Source: Woeseiaceae bacterium
GTDB lineage: Bacteria; Pseudomonadota; Gammaproteobacteria; Steroidobacterales; Woeseiaceae
Length of the DNA: 64,000 bases
Assembly (NCBI GenBank): GCA_035698445.1
Contig: DASSBS010000048.1
Coordinates: forward strand, 4,367 to 68,366
Direction of reading: 5' to 3'
Below are positions 1-9,646 of this stretch, one piece after another. Positions within the stretch are counted from its first letter, which is position 1, and each line of letters opens with the position of its first letter. The notes beneath the pieces were generated by a model. It saw nothing but the letters and a program-made list of their open reading frames with translations, was not told where the DNA came from and ran no database searches. The translations under genes and the position numbers were made by a program.

Positions 1-383
1 CGATGCAGCGTCTTGCGCAGCCTTGGGCTTTCGAGCAGTCGCCGCCGAAGCTGCGACGTGCTGATCTTGAGGGCGGTTCCCTTCCCTTGTACCACGGCAC
101 GCAGCGGGGCATTGTCCACGCCCAGCATCAGCGTTACGCCGAGCATGCCTTCGTTGCCGATCAGCCCCATTTCCATTGGCTGATGGTCGCCCAGCGACGT
201 GACCAGCGATATGAAGCCGGTCAACGGGAAATAGGCGAAACGGCAACGTTCCCGGGGTTCGCAGAGAATCTGTCCGAAGGACAGGTCGACGGCTTCGCAG
301 CGTGACAGCAGAGCCTCGCGGTCCTTGCGTGGCAGCCCTTGAATCAGCCGGTTGGTGACCTGCAGCGGTTTTCCGTCTGGCAC
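1..383 (-). CDS. Crp/Fnr-family transcriptional regulator (cNMP-binding effector domain); 3' end lies outside the window
   Basis: Not in the supplied ORF track because it runs off the window start. My reverse-strand translation from GTG at 383 (AGGAG 5 nt upstream) reads MPDGKPLQVTNRLIQGLPRKDREALLSRCEAVDLSFGQILCEPRERCRFAYFPLTGFISLV...MEMGLIGNEGMLGVTLMLG...ALKISTSQLRRRLLESPRLRKTL. This is the pattern of a Crp/Fnr effector domain. Confidence 0.6.
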   Translation of the reverse strand, partial: MPDGKPLQVTNRLIQGLPRKDREALLSRCEAVDLSFGQILCEPRERCRFAYFPLTGFISLVTSLGDHQPMEMGLIGNEGMLGVTLMLGVDNAPLRAVVQGKGTALKISTSQLRRRLLESPRLRKTLH

Positions 384-738
384 TCGTGCTCCTGTATAAA
401 AAACCCAGCAATGGTGTACGAGACCGGTGCTTCGCGATCCCCACCGGGCAGTGTCCGTTTCGCTGCAACGACGGTCTGTTCGGTAGAGCACATTAATGGC
501 GGATTACGTGTCTTGAGGGCCGTGGCTACGGTGCAGCACGGCCGCTGTGGAACGGGACCCGCACAGCCCCTTATGTTCGCCACCGAACCGACCCTGCCCG
601 GGTTCGGAGGCAACATGCTCGAAAACAATTCAGCGATTGCGCCGGAAGGCAGCGATCGCCGGGCGGATTTGGCGGGCCTGTCTCTTTCAGGCAAGCCACA
701 CGGACCAGATCGGCGAAATGCCGACTGTGGAGGGAGCG

Positions 739-1905
739 ATGCTGCACGAATTTCTCACGCTGCACCGGGGTGAATTGATCGAGCGGTGCAAGTCGAAGGC
801 CGCTCTCAGATTCCTGCCCGCAAGCGCTCACAAGGCGGTGCTTCCAAACGGTGTACCGCTGATCCTCGACCAGCTGATTGAAACGCTCCGCGCGGATCAT
901 GTGACCCCAGCGCGCCGCAACCTGCGGATCTGCGGGGGATCCGACGCGAACAAGGCACGACCGCGGATCGACGACGCGGCGTCGCAACATGGGTTCGAGT
1001 TGTTGCGGAACGGCTTCCCGGTCGAGGAGATTGTCTATGGCTATGGCGATCTCTGCCAGGCGATCACGGATCTGGTGGTGGAGCGCAATGCGACGATCCA
1101 GACGCACGAATTCAGGACCGTCAATCACTGCCTCGACAAGGCGATCGCCGATGCGTTGATCAGCTACTCCGCCCGGCCCCACACTTCTCTCCTTGACAAC
1201 TCGGGAAATCACGAACGCCTCGGGTTTCTCGCCCATGAGTTGCGCAATCACCTGCAGACAGCTACCTTGGCGATCGCCGCCATCAGGGCCGGAAATGTAG
1301 GTGCGGCCGGAGCGACGGCCGCCGCGCTGGATCGCAGCATGGCGGGAATGTGCGACCTGGTCGACCGCTCGCTGACCGACGTGCGGGCGATGGCGCAACT
1401 GCCTGCGCGCCTGCGGATAATTAATCTTGCGGATTTCATCGCCGAGATTCGACCCTCCGCCTCACTCCAGGCAGAAGCGCGAGGCTGTGTGTTCGTTGTC
1501 GAGCCCGTTGACACGTCTCTCGGGATTTGCGTCGACAGGGACCTCCTGTTCTCGGCGCTCGCAAACTTGCTGCAAAACGCCTTCAAGTTCACACGCAGTC
1601 ACACGGAAGTTACTCTCAAGGCCTTTGGGGCCGGCGATCGTGTTCTGATCGCCGTCCAGGACAACTGCGGCGGACTGCCGGCAGGTGACGTGGAACAGTT
1701 GTTCCAGCCCTTCACGCAATTCGGGCACGACAAATCCGGTGTTGGACTGGGCCTGTCGATCTGCCGGCGCAGCGTTGACGCCAGCGGCGGCGTTCTCAGC
1801 GTCCGCGACATACCCGGGGCGGGCTGCATCTTTACCATCGACCTGCCTCGGCAACCAATGTCGAAACAGCGGGTTGAGAGCAGCTCGCTTGCTATTGGTG
1901 CCTGA
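739..1905 (+). CDS. Sensor histidine kinase with N-terminal RsbRD_N-like helical sensor domain
   Basis: ORF 547..1905, start trimmed to ATG 739 (GGAGGG 4 nt upstream). H-box FLAHELRNHL, N-box LLQNAFKFT, ATP-lid motifs DNCGGL and GVGLGLSI. N-terminus MLHEFLTLHRGELIERC resembles RsbRD_N-type sensors. Confidence 0.85.
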   Translation: MLHEFLTLHRGELIERCKSKAALRFLPASAHKAVLPNGVPLILDQLIETLRADHVTPARRNLRICGGSDANKARPRIDDAASQHGFELLRNGFPVEEIVYGYGDLCQAITDLVVERNATIQTHEFRTVNHCLDKAIADALISYSARPHTSLLDNSGNHERLGFLAHELRNHLQTATLAIAAIRAGNVGAAGATAAALDRSMAGMCDLVDRSLTDVRAMAQLPARLRIINLADFIAEIRPSASLQAEARGCVFVVEPVDTSLGICVDRDLLFSALANLLQNAFKFTRSHTEVTLKAFGAGDRVLIAVQDNCGGLPAGDVEQLFQPFTQFGHDKSGVGLGLSICRRSVDASGGVLSVRDIPGAGCIFTIDLPRQPMSKQRVESSSLAIGA

Positions 1906-2362
1906 CGTCTGCCCCCTTCCGGAACCGCTTCACCTTCGCGCGTTGCTTGCAGATTCGTCGAGCCGCTTCGCAAACGTCCATCCGCGGCAGACTGATGCAT
2001 GCGCGATGGCCGCGGCGTCGATGCGCCGACGATCGGCTTCGAAGGCATGGTTGGGGTGCCCGTCGCGCTCGGCGAGGAAGTGAGCCCGTACGAGATTACG
2101 GTCCACATGCAGGGTGAAGGACATCAGATACAGGTGGCCGCGCAGGATTTCCTTGCAGTGGCTACGCCGTTCCAGCGTGACCATTGCGGCAGGAACGCTG
2201 CAGAGGGCCGTTCTGATCACCTACAGTCGCGGCAACATCACGATTCGCGATCGCGATGGACTCGAAGAGACCGCGTGTGAAGACCAGGCTGTACGCGAGG
2301 CATTCGATCGCCTGCTGAAGCTGCCGCCCGAGTCAACAGAGCGCAGAACCGCACCAGGGTGA
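1906..2362 (+). pseudogene. Decayed Crp/Fnr-family regulator remnant (frameshifts plus internal deletion)
   Basis: Pieces of a Crp/Fnr protein lie in different frames. IGFEGMVGVPVALGEEVSPYEITVHMQGEGHQIQV is in the frame of ORF 1999. VTIAAGTLQRAVLITYSRGNITIRDRDGLEETACE (wHTH region) is in the frame of ORF 2114. A stop at 1993-1995 cuts the N-terminal part, and the segment normally between the two pieces is missing. Confidence 0.45.
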
Positions 2363-2698
2363 CCCTCGCCGCCTCAGCCCATCCGTGTAACCGGCGGATA
2401 AATCGCTTGCTCCCATTGCGCGCCAGACGCGGGCGATCATCAGCCAGGAGCAGGCGCCGACTGGCGGGATCTGCGGAATAACTTTCACGCGCGCCAAGAA
2501 TCGGGAGCGGCTTGAGCTGCGCGAGCTCAGGGCCCGTCTCGAGCGGTCGCCCATCGAGCGCCCTGATCACGCGGTGGTCATCCCGGACCGGAACTCCCAC
2601 GCCAGTGTGCTGCCAAAGTAAGCACAGTGCGATCGGCGGCATCACCGAGTGTCAATCGCCGCTGATCAGGGGCAGCGGCTGAGCGGGAGGATTCGGTC

Positions 2699-3301
2699 AT
2701 GATGATGCTGCGATTGCCATTGACACTCTTATTGGGGGCGGCGCTGACGACCGGCATGTTCTGGGTGCTGTGGTCGCTGATCAGTCAGCCCATCGACGTG
2801 GACGAGATGATCGAGGCGACTCGCATCGAGTTTACCCGGATGCGCCGGGATACGGAGGCGGCGACCAAGCGCGACGAGCGGGTCGAGCGCGAGCCGCCGC
2901 CCCCGGCTCCCGAAGTGCCGCGAATGTCGTTCTCGTCGGCCGACGTCAGCGGGACTTCTGTCCAATTGACGCCGACCATCGATACCGGGAGCGCACTCGG
3001 TAACATGGACTTGGGCGCCGGCGCCGATACCGACGTGATCCCGCTGGTGCGCATTGCGCCGGAGTACCCGCCGCGCGCATTGCGCCGTGGCATCGAAGGG
3101 TGGGTGCAGGTGCAGTTCACGATTACGCCAACGGGCGCCGTCACCGACCCGAAGGTGGTCGCTTCCGACCCGCCGGGCCTGTTCGACGAGGCGGCGATCC
3201 GCTCGATCTTGCGCTGGCGTTATAACCCTAAGATTGAAGACGGCGTGGCCGTCGAGCGCGTTGGCGTGCAGACGGTCATCCGGTTTGTACTGGAGGAATA
3301 G
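2699..3301 (+). CDS. tonB: Energy transducer TonB
   Basis: ORF 2699..3301 with GGGAGG RBS. N-terminal TM anchor, Pro-rich spacer EREPPPPAPEVP, and C-terminal TonB domain PEYPPRALRRGIEGWVQVQFTITPTGAV...RWRYNP. Confidence 0.85.
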   Translation: MMMLRLPLTLLLGAALTTGMFWVLWSLISQPIDVDEMIEATRIEFTRMRRDTEAATKRDERVEREPPPPAPEVPRMSFSSADVSGTSVQLTPTIDTGSALGNMDLGAGADTDVIPLVRIAPEYPPRALRRGIEGWVQVQFTITPTGAVTDPKVVASDPPGLFDEAAIRSILRWRYNPKIEDGVAVERVGVQTVIRFVLEE

Positions 3302-3304
3302 ACG

Positions 3305-4549
3305 ATGTTCCTGCGCATCCGTGATTACCTGATTTCGATCGCCGCCGCCGCAATGGTCGCGCTGGCTGCGTCGCCCGCCGCTTTCGCCCAGGAGGACGAG
3401 GACGAAAGCCGCCAATCCGCGCCGACCATCAGCCAGCGCACCGGCGAAAAGCTGAACGAAGCGATCGAGTTCCTGAACAACGACGATTACGCGAGCGCCC
3501 GCGCCGTGCTCGCCGATATCGATCTCGAAGACCTGAGCCCGTACGAGCGCAGCCGGGTGGAGCAGATCTGGTCCGGCATCGAGTACTCGGAAGGCAATTA
3601 CGCCGCCGCGCGCGAGCACCTGCAGCAGGCGATCAACGCCGGCGGTTTCAGCGACCGGGAGATCAGCCAGGCCAAGTACCAGATCGCGCAGATCTACATG
3701 GCGGAGGAGAAGTGGGAGCAAGGAGCGGCGGCGCTGGAAGAATGGTTCCGCAGCACGCCGCAGCCGAACGCCTCGGCCTACTATCTGCTGGCCGCCGCGT
3801 ACTACCAGATGGAGGATCTCGAGGCCGCGCTGGAGCCGGCGAAGAAAGCAGTCGAGATGAGCGACGATCCGCAGGCGAGCTGGATCGAGCTGCTGCTCGC
3901 CCTGTACCTCACGCGGGAGAACTACGACGCGGCGCTGCCCCTGATGGAGCGGCTGCTCCTGATGGAACCACAGGAGAAGACCCATTGGCTGCGCCTGTCA
4001 TCGCTTTACCAGACGCAGGAACAATACGCCGAGGCGCTGGCCGCGCTTCAGATCGCTTATAACGCGGGCTTCCTGGAGCAGCCTTCGGAATACCAACGTC
4101 TCTCCGATATGCTGCGCTTCAATGACATTCCGTACCGGGCCGCGCGCGTGCTGAAACGCGCGCTGGAAAACGAGAACGTCGAAGCCGATTCCGAAACTTA
4201 CGAAAAGCTCGCCAATGCCTGGATCCAGGCGCGCGATTTCGACGAGGCCATTCCGCCGCTCACACGCGCCGCGGAGCTGTCCGACAACGGCGATCTGTTC
4301 ATGCGCTTAGGCCAAGTGCAGATCCAGCGCGAGCAGTGGCAGGAGGCGGTCGATGCCCTGCAGGAGGCGCTGAACAAAGGCGATCTCGAGGATCCGGGCC
4401 AGGCGAATCTCCTGATGGGCATCGCGCTCTTCAACCTCGAACGGCTGAGCGATGCACGGGAGTACTTCCAGCGCGCCGCGCGCTCGGAGGAACATCGTGG
4501 CATGGCGAGCGACTACATCAAGCTGATCGATTCCAAACGCGCTCGTTGA
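3305..4549 (+). CDS. Secreted tetratricopeptide-repeat (TPR) protein, TonB-system associated
   Basis: ORF 3305..4549, GGAGGA RBS, starts 4 nt after the tonB stop. Signal peptide (AAAAMVALAASPAAFAQ) and many TPR-like helical pairs (AxxxYxxA...). Such TPR proteins commonly follow tonB. Confidence 0.8.
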   Translation: MFLRIRDYLISIAAAAMVALAASPAAFAQEDEDESRQSAPTISQRTGEKLNEAIEFLNNDDYASARAVLADIDLEDLSPYERSRVEQIWSGIEYSEGNYAAAREHLQQAINAGGFSDREISQAKYQIAQIYMAEEKWEQGAAALEEWFRSTPQPNASAYYLLAAAYYQMEDLEAALEPAKKAVEMSDDPQASWIELLLALYLTRENYDAALPLMERLLLMEPQEKTHWLRLSSLYQTQEQYAEALAALQIAYNAGFLEQPSEYQRLSDMLRFNDIPYRAARVLKRALENENVEADSETYEKLANAWIQARDFDEAIPPLTRAAELSDNGDLFMRLGQVQIQREQWQEAVDALQEALNKGDLEDPGQANLLMGIALFNLERLSDAREYFQRAARSEEHRGMASDYIKLIDSKRAR

Positions 4550-4607
4550 GGAAGGCTGAGCGGGAGAGCGGCAGCCGCGACATACGTCCGGCAGCGGTCG
4601 AGAGCGG

Positions 4608-5624
4608 CTAATCCTGCGCTGGTGCCGCCTCGCGTGCTTGCGGCTCCGCTTTCAGCAACTGCCGAATAATGGCGGCATCTTCTTCGTATTCCTCGGCGCG
4701 CCCGCGCAACTGCGACGATAGCCTGGCGTTCCGCTGTTCCCGTTCGGCCATGCGGCGCGCCAGCGCGGCCCGTTCTTCGTGCGACCTGAGCAACTTCCAC
4801 AGCAGGTTTTCGCTTTCGCTGTCCTCTGCGTTGAGCGCGATGTCTGCGGTGAACGCGTGGCCAACGTGGCACCGGAAACGGAGCAGATCGCCGTCCCTTA
4901 TCTCCCACAACACACCATGGCATTCCGGACAGGTGAAACGGGATGGTGCGCCCAGCCGATCGTTGCTTTGCATGTCCATGACCTCCTGCGCGGCGATTGC
5001 GGCTTCCAGTTTGACTTCCCACGGTGTCTCCTGGCTCTCGCCGGCCGGCTCGGCACTCAGACGGACCAGCAAGTCGCCCATGGCAGCGATGGGAACGCAG
5101 TGGTCGATTGCCACGTGCTTCCGGGCGCTCGCGGGCATGTCCGGCACGGCCGCGTCTCGCGGGTCCTGCACGACGGCGATTCCGCCGCAGCGTTTGATCG
5201 CCCGGAGGCCCGCGGTGCCGTCGTTGAGAGCGCCGGTCAGGACGACGCCGATGACGCGTGCGCCGAAACTTGCGGCCGCCGACCGGAAGAGCGGATCGAT
5301 GGCCGGGCGTGCAAGGTTTTCGCGCGGGCCACGCCGCAGCAGGACGTGGTCATCGTGGAGCAGCATGTGAACGTTCGGCGGCGCCACCAGGATTCGGCCG
5401 CGTTCCAGCCGCTCGCCGTTCCGGGCATCCTTGACAGGCAGTGGACTCGCGCGATCGAGAATCCCCGCGAGGTGACTGACCGCACCCACGTGCAGCACGA
5501 TGCAGACCGACGCCGGCAGGTCGGCCGGCAGAGCGCGCATCAGCTGCATCAATGCCTCGACGCCCCCGGTCGAAGCGCCAATCGCAATCACGTCGCGAGT
5601 CGCTTTCCTACCATCCATCCGCAT
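4608..5624 (-). CDS. Stand-alone CheB-type methylesterase-domain protein with C-terminal zinc-ribbon-like and coiled-coil segments (no receiver domain)
   Basis: ORF 4608..5624. CheB catalytic core motifs IAIGASTGGVEAL, VVLTGALNDGTAG and GGIAVVQDP. These are followed by CPECHGVLWE...FRCHVGHAF and a charged helical tail. Confidence 0.85.
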   Translation of the reverse strand: MRMDGRKATRDVIAIGASTGGVEALMQLMRALPADLPASVCIVLHVGAVSHLAGILDRASPLPVKDARNGERLERGRILVAPPNVHMLLHDDHVLLRRGPRENLARPAIDPLFRSAAASFGARVIGVVLTGALNDGTAGLRAIKRCGGIAVVQDPRDAAVPDMPASARKHVAIDHCVPIAAMGDLLVRLSAEPAGESQETPWEVKLEAAIAAQEVMDMQSNDRLGAPSRFTCPECHGVLWEIRDGDLLRFRCHVGHAFTADIALNAEDSESENLLWKLLRSHEERAALARRMAEREQRNARLSSQLRGRAEEYEEDAAIIRQLLKAEPQAREAAPAQD

Positions 5625-5740
5625 CGCCTGCTAGCATATAGGGCCCTACCAATACTTGGCCGCGAAGCATACCCGCTTCAGGACAAGCGTAGAGCACGGG
5701 CGCCCTGCATGAAAGGCCGCCAGTAAGACTGGCGCCAGGA

Positions 5741-8672
5741 GTGCTCTCTCATTCCGCAGCGGTGGACGCTTGGATCGGCGAGGTGGCACCAGAGCGGCTC
5801 CGGGAGGCGGAAAAGCAGCAGACGTTGAGGAAATCCGAGACTCAGAAGCCGCCGCGGCACAGCGAAGCCGTGGCCACGGCGAAATCCGCAAGACCCCTGC
5901 TCCCGTTTCCCGTGATCGGGATAGGCGCCTCGGCGGGCGGCATCGAAGCTGTTGGCACCCTGCTCCACCACCTGCCTGCCGATTCCGGCGCCGCGTTCGT
6001 GATCGTCCTGCACCTCGATCCGGATCGCGAAAGCCACCTGGCGCAGGTTTTCGGCAGCCGGACCTCCATGCCGGTCGTCCAGATCGAAGACGGCATGCCC
6101 CTCGAGCAGAATCGCGTGCACGTGATCGCGCCCAATCTCAGCTTGCAGATCGACCAGGCGCAACTTCGGCTGACGCCGCCCAGGCAGGCGCGCGGCCAAC
6201 GCCGCCCGATCGACGAGCTGTTCCAGTCGTTGGCCGCCTCCGCCGGCAATCGAGCGGTCGCCGTCGTGATGTCGGGTACCGGCACCAACGGCAGCGCCGG
6301 GTTGGCGGAAATCAAGGCGAACGGCGGCTGCATTCTGGCGCAGGATCCCAGGACGGCGATGTTTATCGGCATGCCCGGCAGTGCGATCGATACCGGACTC
6401 GTGGACCACGTGCTCGCCCCGGATGCCCTGGCCGAAACAATCGTCGAATACGTTCAAAGTGCGTACGTCACCAAGGAACGCGAGGAAGAGATCGCGGAGG
6501 AGCATTTCCAGCAGATACTCAACCTGTTGCGGCGGCATTCCCAAGTCGAGTTGCACAGCTATCGACGCCCGACCATCGCGCGGCGGATCAACCGCCGCAT
6601 GGGATTGAGAGGCACGCGGCAACTCGAGGACTACGTCAAGCTGCTCCGGAAGGACGCGCAGGAGTGTGAGTCGCTGATCAACGACCTGATGATCAACGTC
6701 ACCGGCTTTTTCCGCGATCCGGCGGCCTGGGACGCTCTGGCAGAGCACGTCGTGGCGCCGCTGGTACGTTCGAAACAGCCCGGTGAGCAAATCCGCTGCT
6801 GGGTCACGGCGTGCAGCAGCGGAGAAGAAGCGTATTCTCTCGCCATCCTGCTGGCGGAGCACACGGAAGAGGCAGATGCCGACGTCGATATCAAAGTGTT
6901 TGCGACGGATCTTTCGAATGACGCGATTACCCGCGCCCGCGCCGGATGGTTCGCCGGAGGCATCACGACTCAGCTCTCGCCCGAGAGGCTCGCGCGCTTT
7001 CTCGTCGAGGAAGACCATCATTACCGGATACGGAAGGACATCCGCGAGAAGGTCATTATTGCTCCCCATAACCTGCTGGCAGACCCGCCCTTTGCTCACT
7101 TGGATATCGCGACCTGCCGGAACGTCCTGATCTACCTCGAGCCCGAGGTCCAGCGAAAGGTGCTCGGCATACTGCACTTCGCCCTGCAGCCGAACGGCGC
7201 CCTCATGCTGGGAAGCGCGGAATCGGCGGATCGCGACAGCGGCCTGTTCCAACCTCTCGATTCGAAGCACCGGATCTTTCGCAGGCTCGGTCCGACTCGT
7301 CATGGCATGGTGCATTTTCCGCTCAGCAGGGGGCGTGCCGCCGGTTACAGCAGGCAGTACCGTGCGGACCTCCGAGAAAGACGATCTCGGCTCAATTGCA
7401 CTCAAAGCCGTCGCCGATCTCACCGCGTCCGCCGCGCTGCTCGACTCGCGGCAGCGTGTGGTTTACTTCCATGGCAAGACTGACGCCTATCTGACGCACC
7501 CCCACGGGCGGGCCAACCTCGACGTCTACAGCATGGCGAGAGCCGGTCTGGAGGCGCCGATTCGCAGCGCCGTGACGCAGGCGCGACGGCACGATGAACC
7601 GGCAACCGCGGAAGCTACGGTCATGCGGAGCAGCGGCCCGGTGCTTGCCGGACGCCCTGACCTGCCGCAGGAGGTGACGGACCGGCTCGCCACGATCACG
7701 CGCAACATCGAAATCGAAATCCGTCTAATCGACGATTTGCTGGACCTGACGCGAGTCGGGCGCGGACAGCTGCACTTTCGGCGCGAGCGCATCGATGCGC
7801 TGGACCTGATGAATGAGACCGTCGGGCTTTGCCGGAGCGACAGCGCCAAAAAGCGGCAGAAGGTTGTGGTGGAAGGTTCATCCGGCGAGTGCACGGTCGA
7901 CGTCGACAGGATTCGGCTGCAACAGGTGATCTGGAACCTGTTACGAAACGCCATCCGCTTCACTCCCGAAGGAGGAACAATCACCGCATCCTGTGAATGC
8001 ATGGGCGACCAGGTCCTTCTCGTAGTGAGCGATACGGGAAGCGGCATTCCGAAGGAGCAATTGCCCCGCATTTTCGTCTCGTTCGAGCGGAATGATGAGA
8101 CCTCCAGTGGCTTGGGGCTTGGCCTCAGCATTGCGAAATCGTTGATCGAAGCACACGGCGGCAGGATCGAGGCCGAAAGCGAGGGAGCCGGCAAGGGCGC
8201 GCGGTTTCGCGTGTGGCTGCCGCGAGCGTCGAGCCACCCGGAGTCGCAGCCGCCCGATACCGCCGGACATCCCGATCGCGAGAAGGGCGTCCATTCTCCC
8301 GGTACCGCCGATCTTGCCGGCTTGCGGATTCTCCTGATTGAGGATCACGTCGATTCGGCCAACACGATGGCCGCCCTGCTCCAGGCCCAATGCTGCGCGA
8401 CGGAAATAGCGGGTACATTGGAAGAAGCAGTAAGTGCGGTGGAACAGCACAAGTTCGACCTGATCGTCAGTGACCTGGCGCTCCCGGACGGCACCGGATA
8501 CGAGTTGATCCGGAAACTGCCGCACCGCGTCCCGGCTGTGGCGCTGAGCGGCCTGGGCTCTCCGCAGGACCGGCAACGAAGCGTCAGAGCCGGTTTCGTC
8601 GAGCACCTCGTGAAACCGGTGACGATTTCGGCCCTGTCGTCGGCAATTCTCCGCGCGGTCAACTCAGCGTAG
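5741..8672 (+). pseudogene. CheB-CheR-PAS-(HisKA remnant)-HATPase-REC hybrid kinase; frameshifted and lacking the phospho-acceptor H-box
   Basis: ORF 5741..7483 holds the CheB domain (IGIGASAGGIEAV, VVMSGTGTNGSAG) and the CheR domain (CWVTACSSGEEAYSLAILL, CRNVLIYL). ORF 7302..8672 is in another frame, overlaps by 182 nt and continues with PAS (LKAVADLTASAALLDSRQRVVYFHG), N-box NLLRNAIRFT, DTGSGI, GLGLGLSI and REC (DLIVSDLALPDGTGYEL...LVKP). Aligned by eye with the intact paralog 26323..30333, the FLALLSHELRNPL helix, the coiled coil and two PAS domains are absent. Confidence 0.55.
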
Positions 8673-8786
8673 CAGGCGTTCAGCCCCTGCCGCCAGACGT
8701 GAGCCATTACGCTGGAACCGGTGCCCTTCGCGAGCCACCCTGTCCGCTGTGGAGCGCCGCCTCGCAGCAGCTCCGGATGCAGTGAA

Positions 8787-9245
8787 TCACGGGCTTCGGC
8801 CGGGAACAGGATCGATACCTTCGAGACTGGCATGGCTGCACGCGCCGAGAAGATGCCGATCATTCGAGTATATGAGTGCGAAGCCCTCCGACCGGGCTGT
8901 GATCAGGTGTAAGGCATCGAGGGATCTGACGAAGACCGCTTCGTCAAGATTCGCGAAGAACGTATGAACTTGCCGAAAGAGGTCCTCCGACGGACCTGCC
9001 AGGTACCACAGGCCATCTTCGAGATCCTGCTCGAACTGCCCCATGAGGGCGCCGAATACATCGTGATCGACGGCACTCTCCCGGAGCTTCCGATGAAAAG
9101 CGGCTGACACCTCGGCTACGGCAACGCCCGAAGTGACGACGCGTCCCATCTCGCGCGCCAGAGCCCGAACCGCGTCTCGGCCCGGTTCGTTCACATAGAA
9201 TTTCGCGACCAGCGCAGAGTCGAAATACACCGAAGAGACGGCCAC
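8787..9245 (-). CDS. vapC: Type II toxin VapC (PIN-domain ribonuclease)
   Basis: ORF 8787..9245. PIN acidic-residue motifs YFDSALVAKF, SLDALHLITA and SNDRHLL. Starts 5 nt after the antitoxin stop. Confidence 0.85.
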   Translation of the reverse strand: MAVSSVYFDSALVAKFYVNEPGRDAVRALAREMGRVVTSGVAVAEVSAAFHRKLRESAVDHDVFGALMGQFEQDLEDGLWYLAGPSEDLFRQVHTFFANLDEAVFVRSLDALHLITARSEGFALIYSNDRHLLGACSHASLEGIDPVPGRSP

Positions 9246-9250
9246 AGCCG

Positions 9251-9508
9251 TCAGCGATCGCGGTCTTCGGAGACGATGTCCTCGACCGGCCGGCCGCCAA
9301 CGGGCCGATCAAGACGCGCGGCAAACTTCCGACGGGGCTTCCAGTGCTCGAACACGTTGACCGGAGGCTCTTCGGACAGGGGCACTATACGAGCCACGGC
9401 GACGTTGCGGTCGCGTACGATGATCGATCCGTGCTTTCTCGCTGCGCGCACCCAGGCCCCAGTGCGGCGGTGCAGCTCTCTTATGGAAATCTCCTTCATG
9501 TGTGACAT
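9251..9508 (-). CDS. Type II antitoxin, Phd/YefM-like
   Basis: ORF 9251..9598 trimmed to ATG 9508. MSHMKEISIRELHRRTGAWVRAARKHGSIIVRDRNVAVARIVPL fits the Phd/YefM N-terminal pattern. Located directly upstream of vapC. Confidence 0.75.
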   Translation of the reverse strand: MSHMKEISIRELHRRTGAWVRAARKHGSIIVRDRNVAVARIVPLSEEPPVNVFEHWKPRRKFAARLDRPVGGRPVEDIVSEDRDR

Positions 9509-9518
9509 CGTCACACAT
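9498..9518. promoter_or_regulatory. Perfect 9-bp inverted repeat (ATGTGTGAC-atc-GTCACACAT) over the antitoxin start codon; candidate TA autoregulatory operator
   Basis: Read directly in the sequence at 9498..9518. The antitoxin ATG (9508..9506, minus strand) lies at the centre of the palindrome. Confidence 0.4.
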
Positions 9519-9646
9519 TGGTTGTCTCCGGTCAACTGCAAGCCGCGTCGGTCCGATCCGCGGCTGACAAGCGTCAAGGCCGCCGCGACAGGTATCAAGG
9601 CGACCGGACTTCACACGAGCTGTCAGTCCCTTAAAGCCACACCCAG

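Noticed and set aside
2238-2645. 135-aa minus-strand ORF between the Crp remnant and tonB, and a start-less plus-strand open stretch (…ITFTRAKNRERLELRELRARLE…)
   Set aside because: No recognisable family, no RBS, and it overlaps the Crp fossil. It may be another gene fragment, but I cannot support a call.
2729-3985. 418-aa ORF antisense to tonB and the TPR gene
   Set aside because: Arg/Gly/His/Leu-rich low-complexity translation with no motifs. It fully overlaps two well-supported genes on the other strand. This is a typical stop-poor antisense frame in high-G+C DNA.
5678-7423. 581-aa ORF antisense to the CheB-CheR gene
   Set aside because: It has the same antisense-frame artefact signature, and the sense strand carries clear CheB and CheR motifs.
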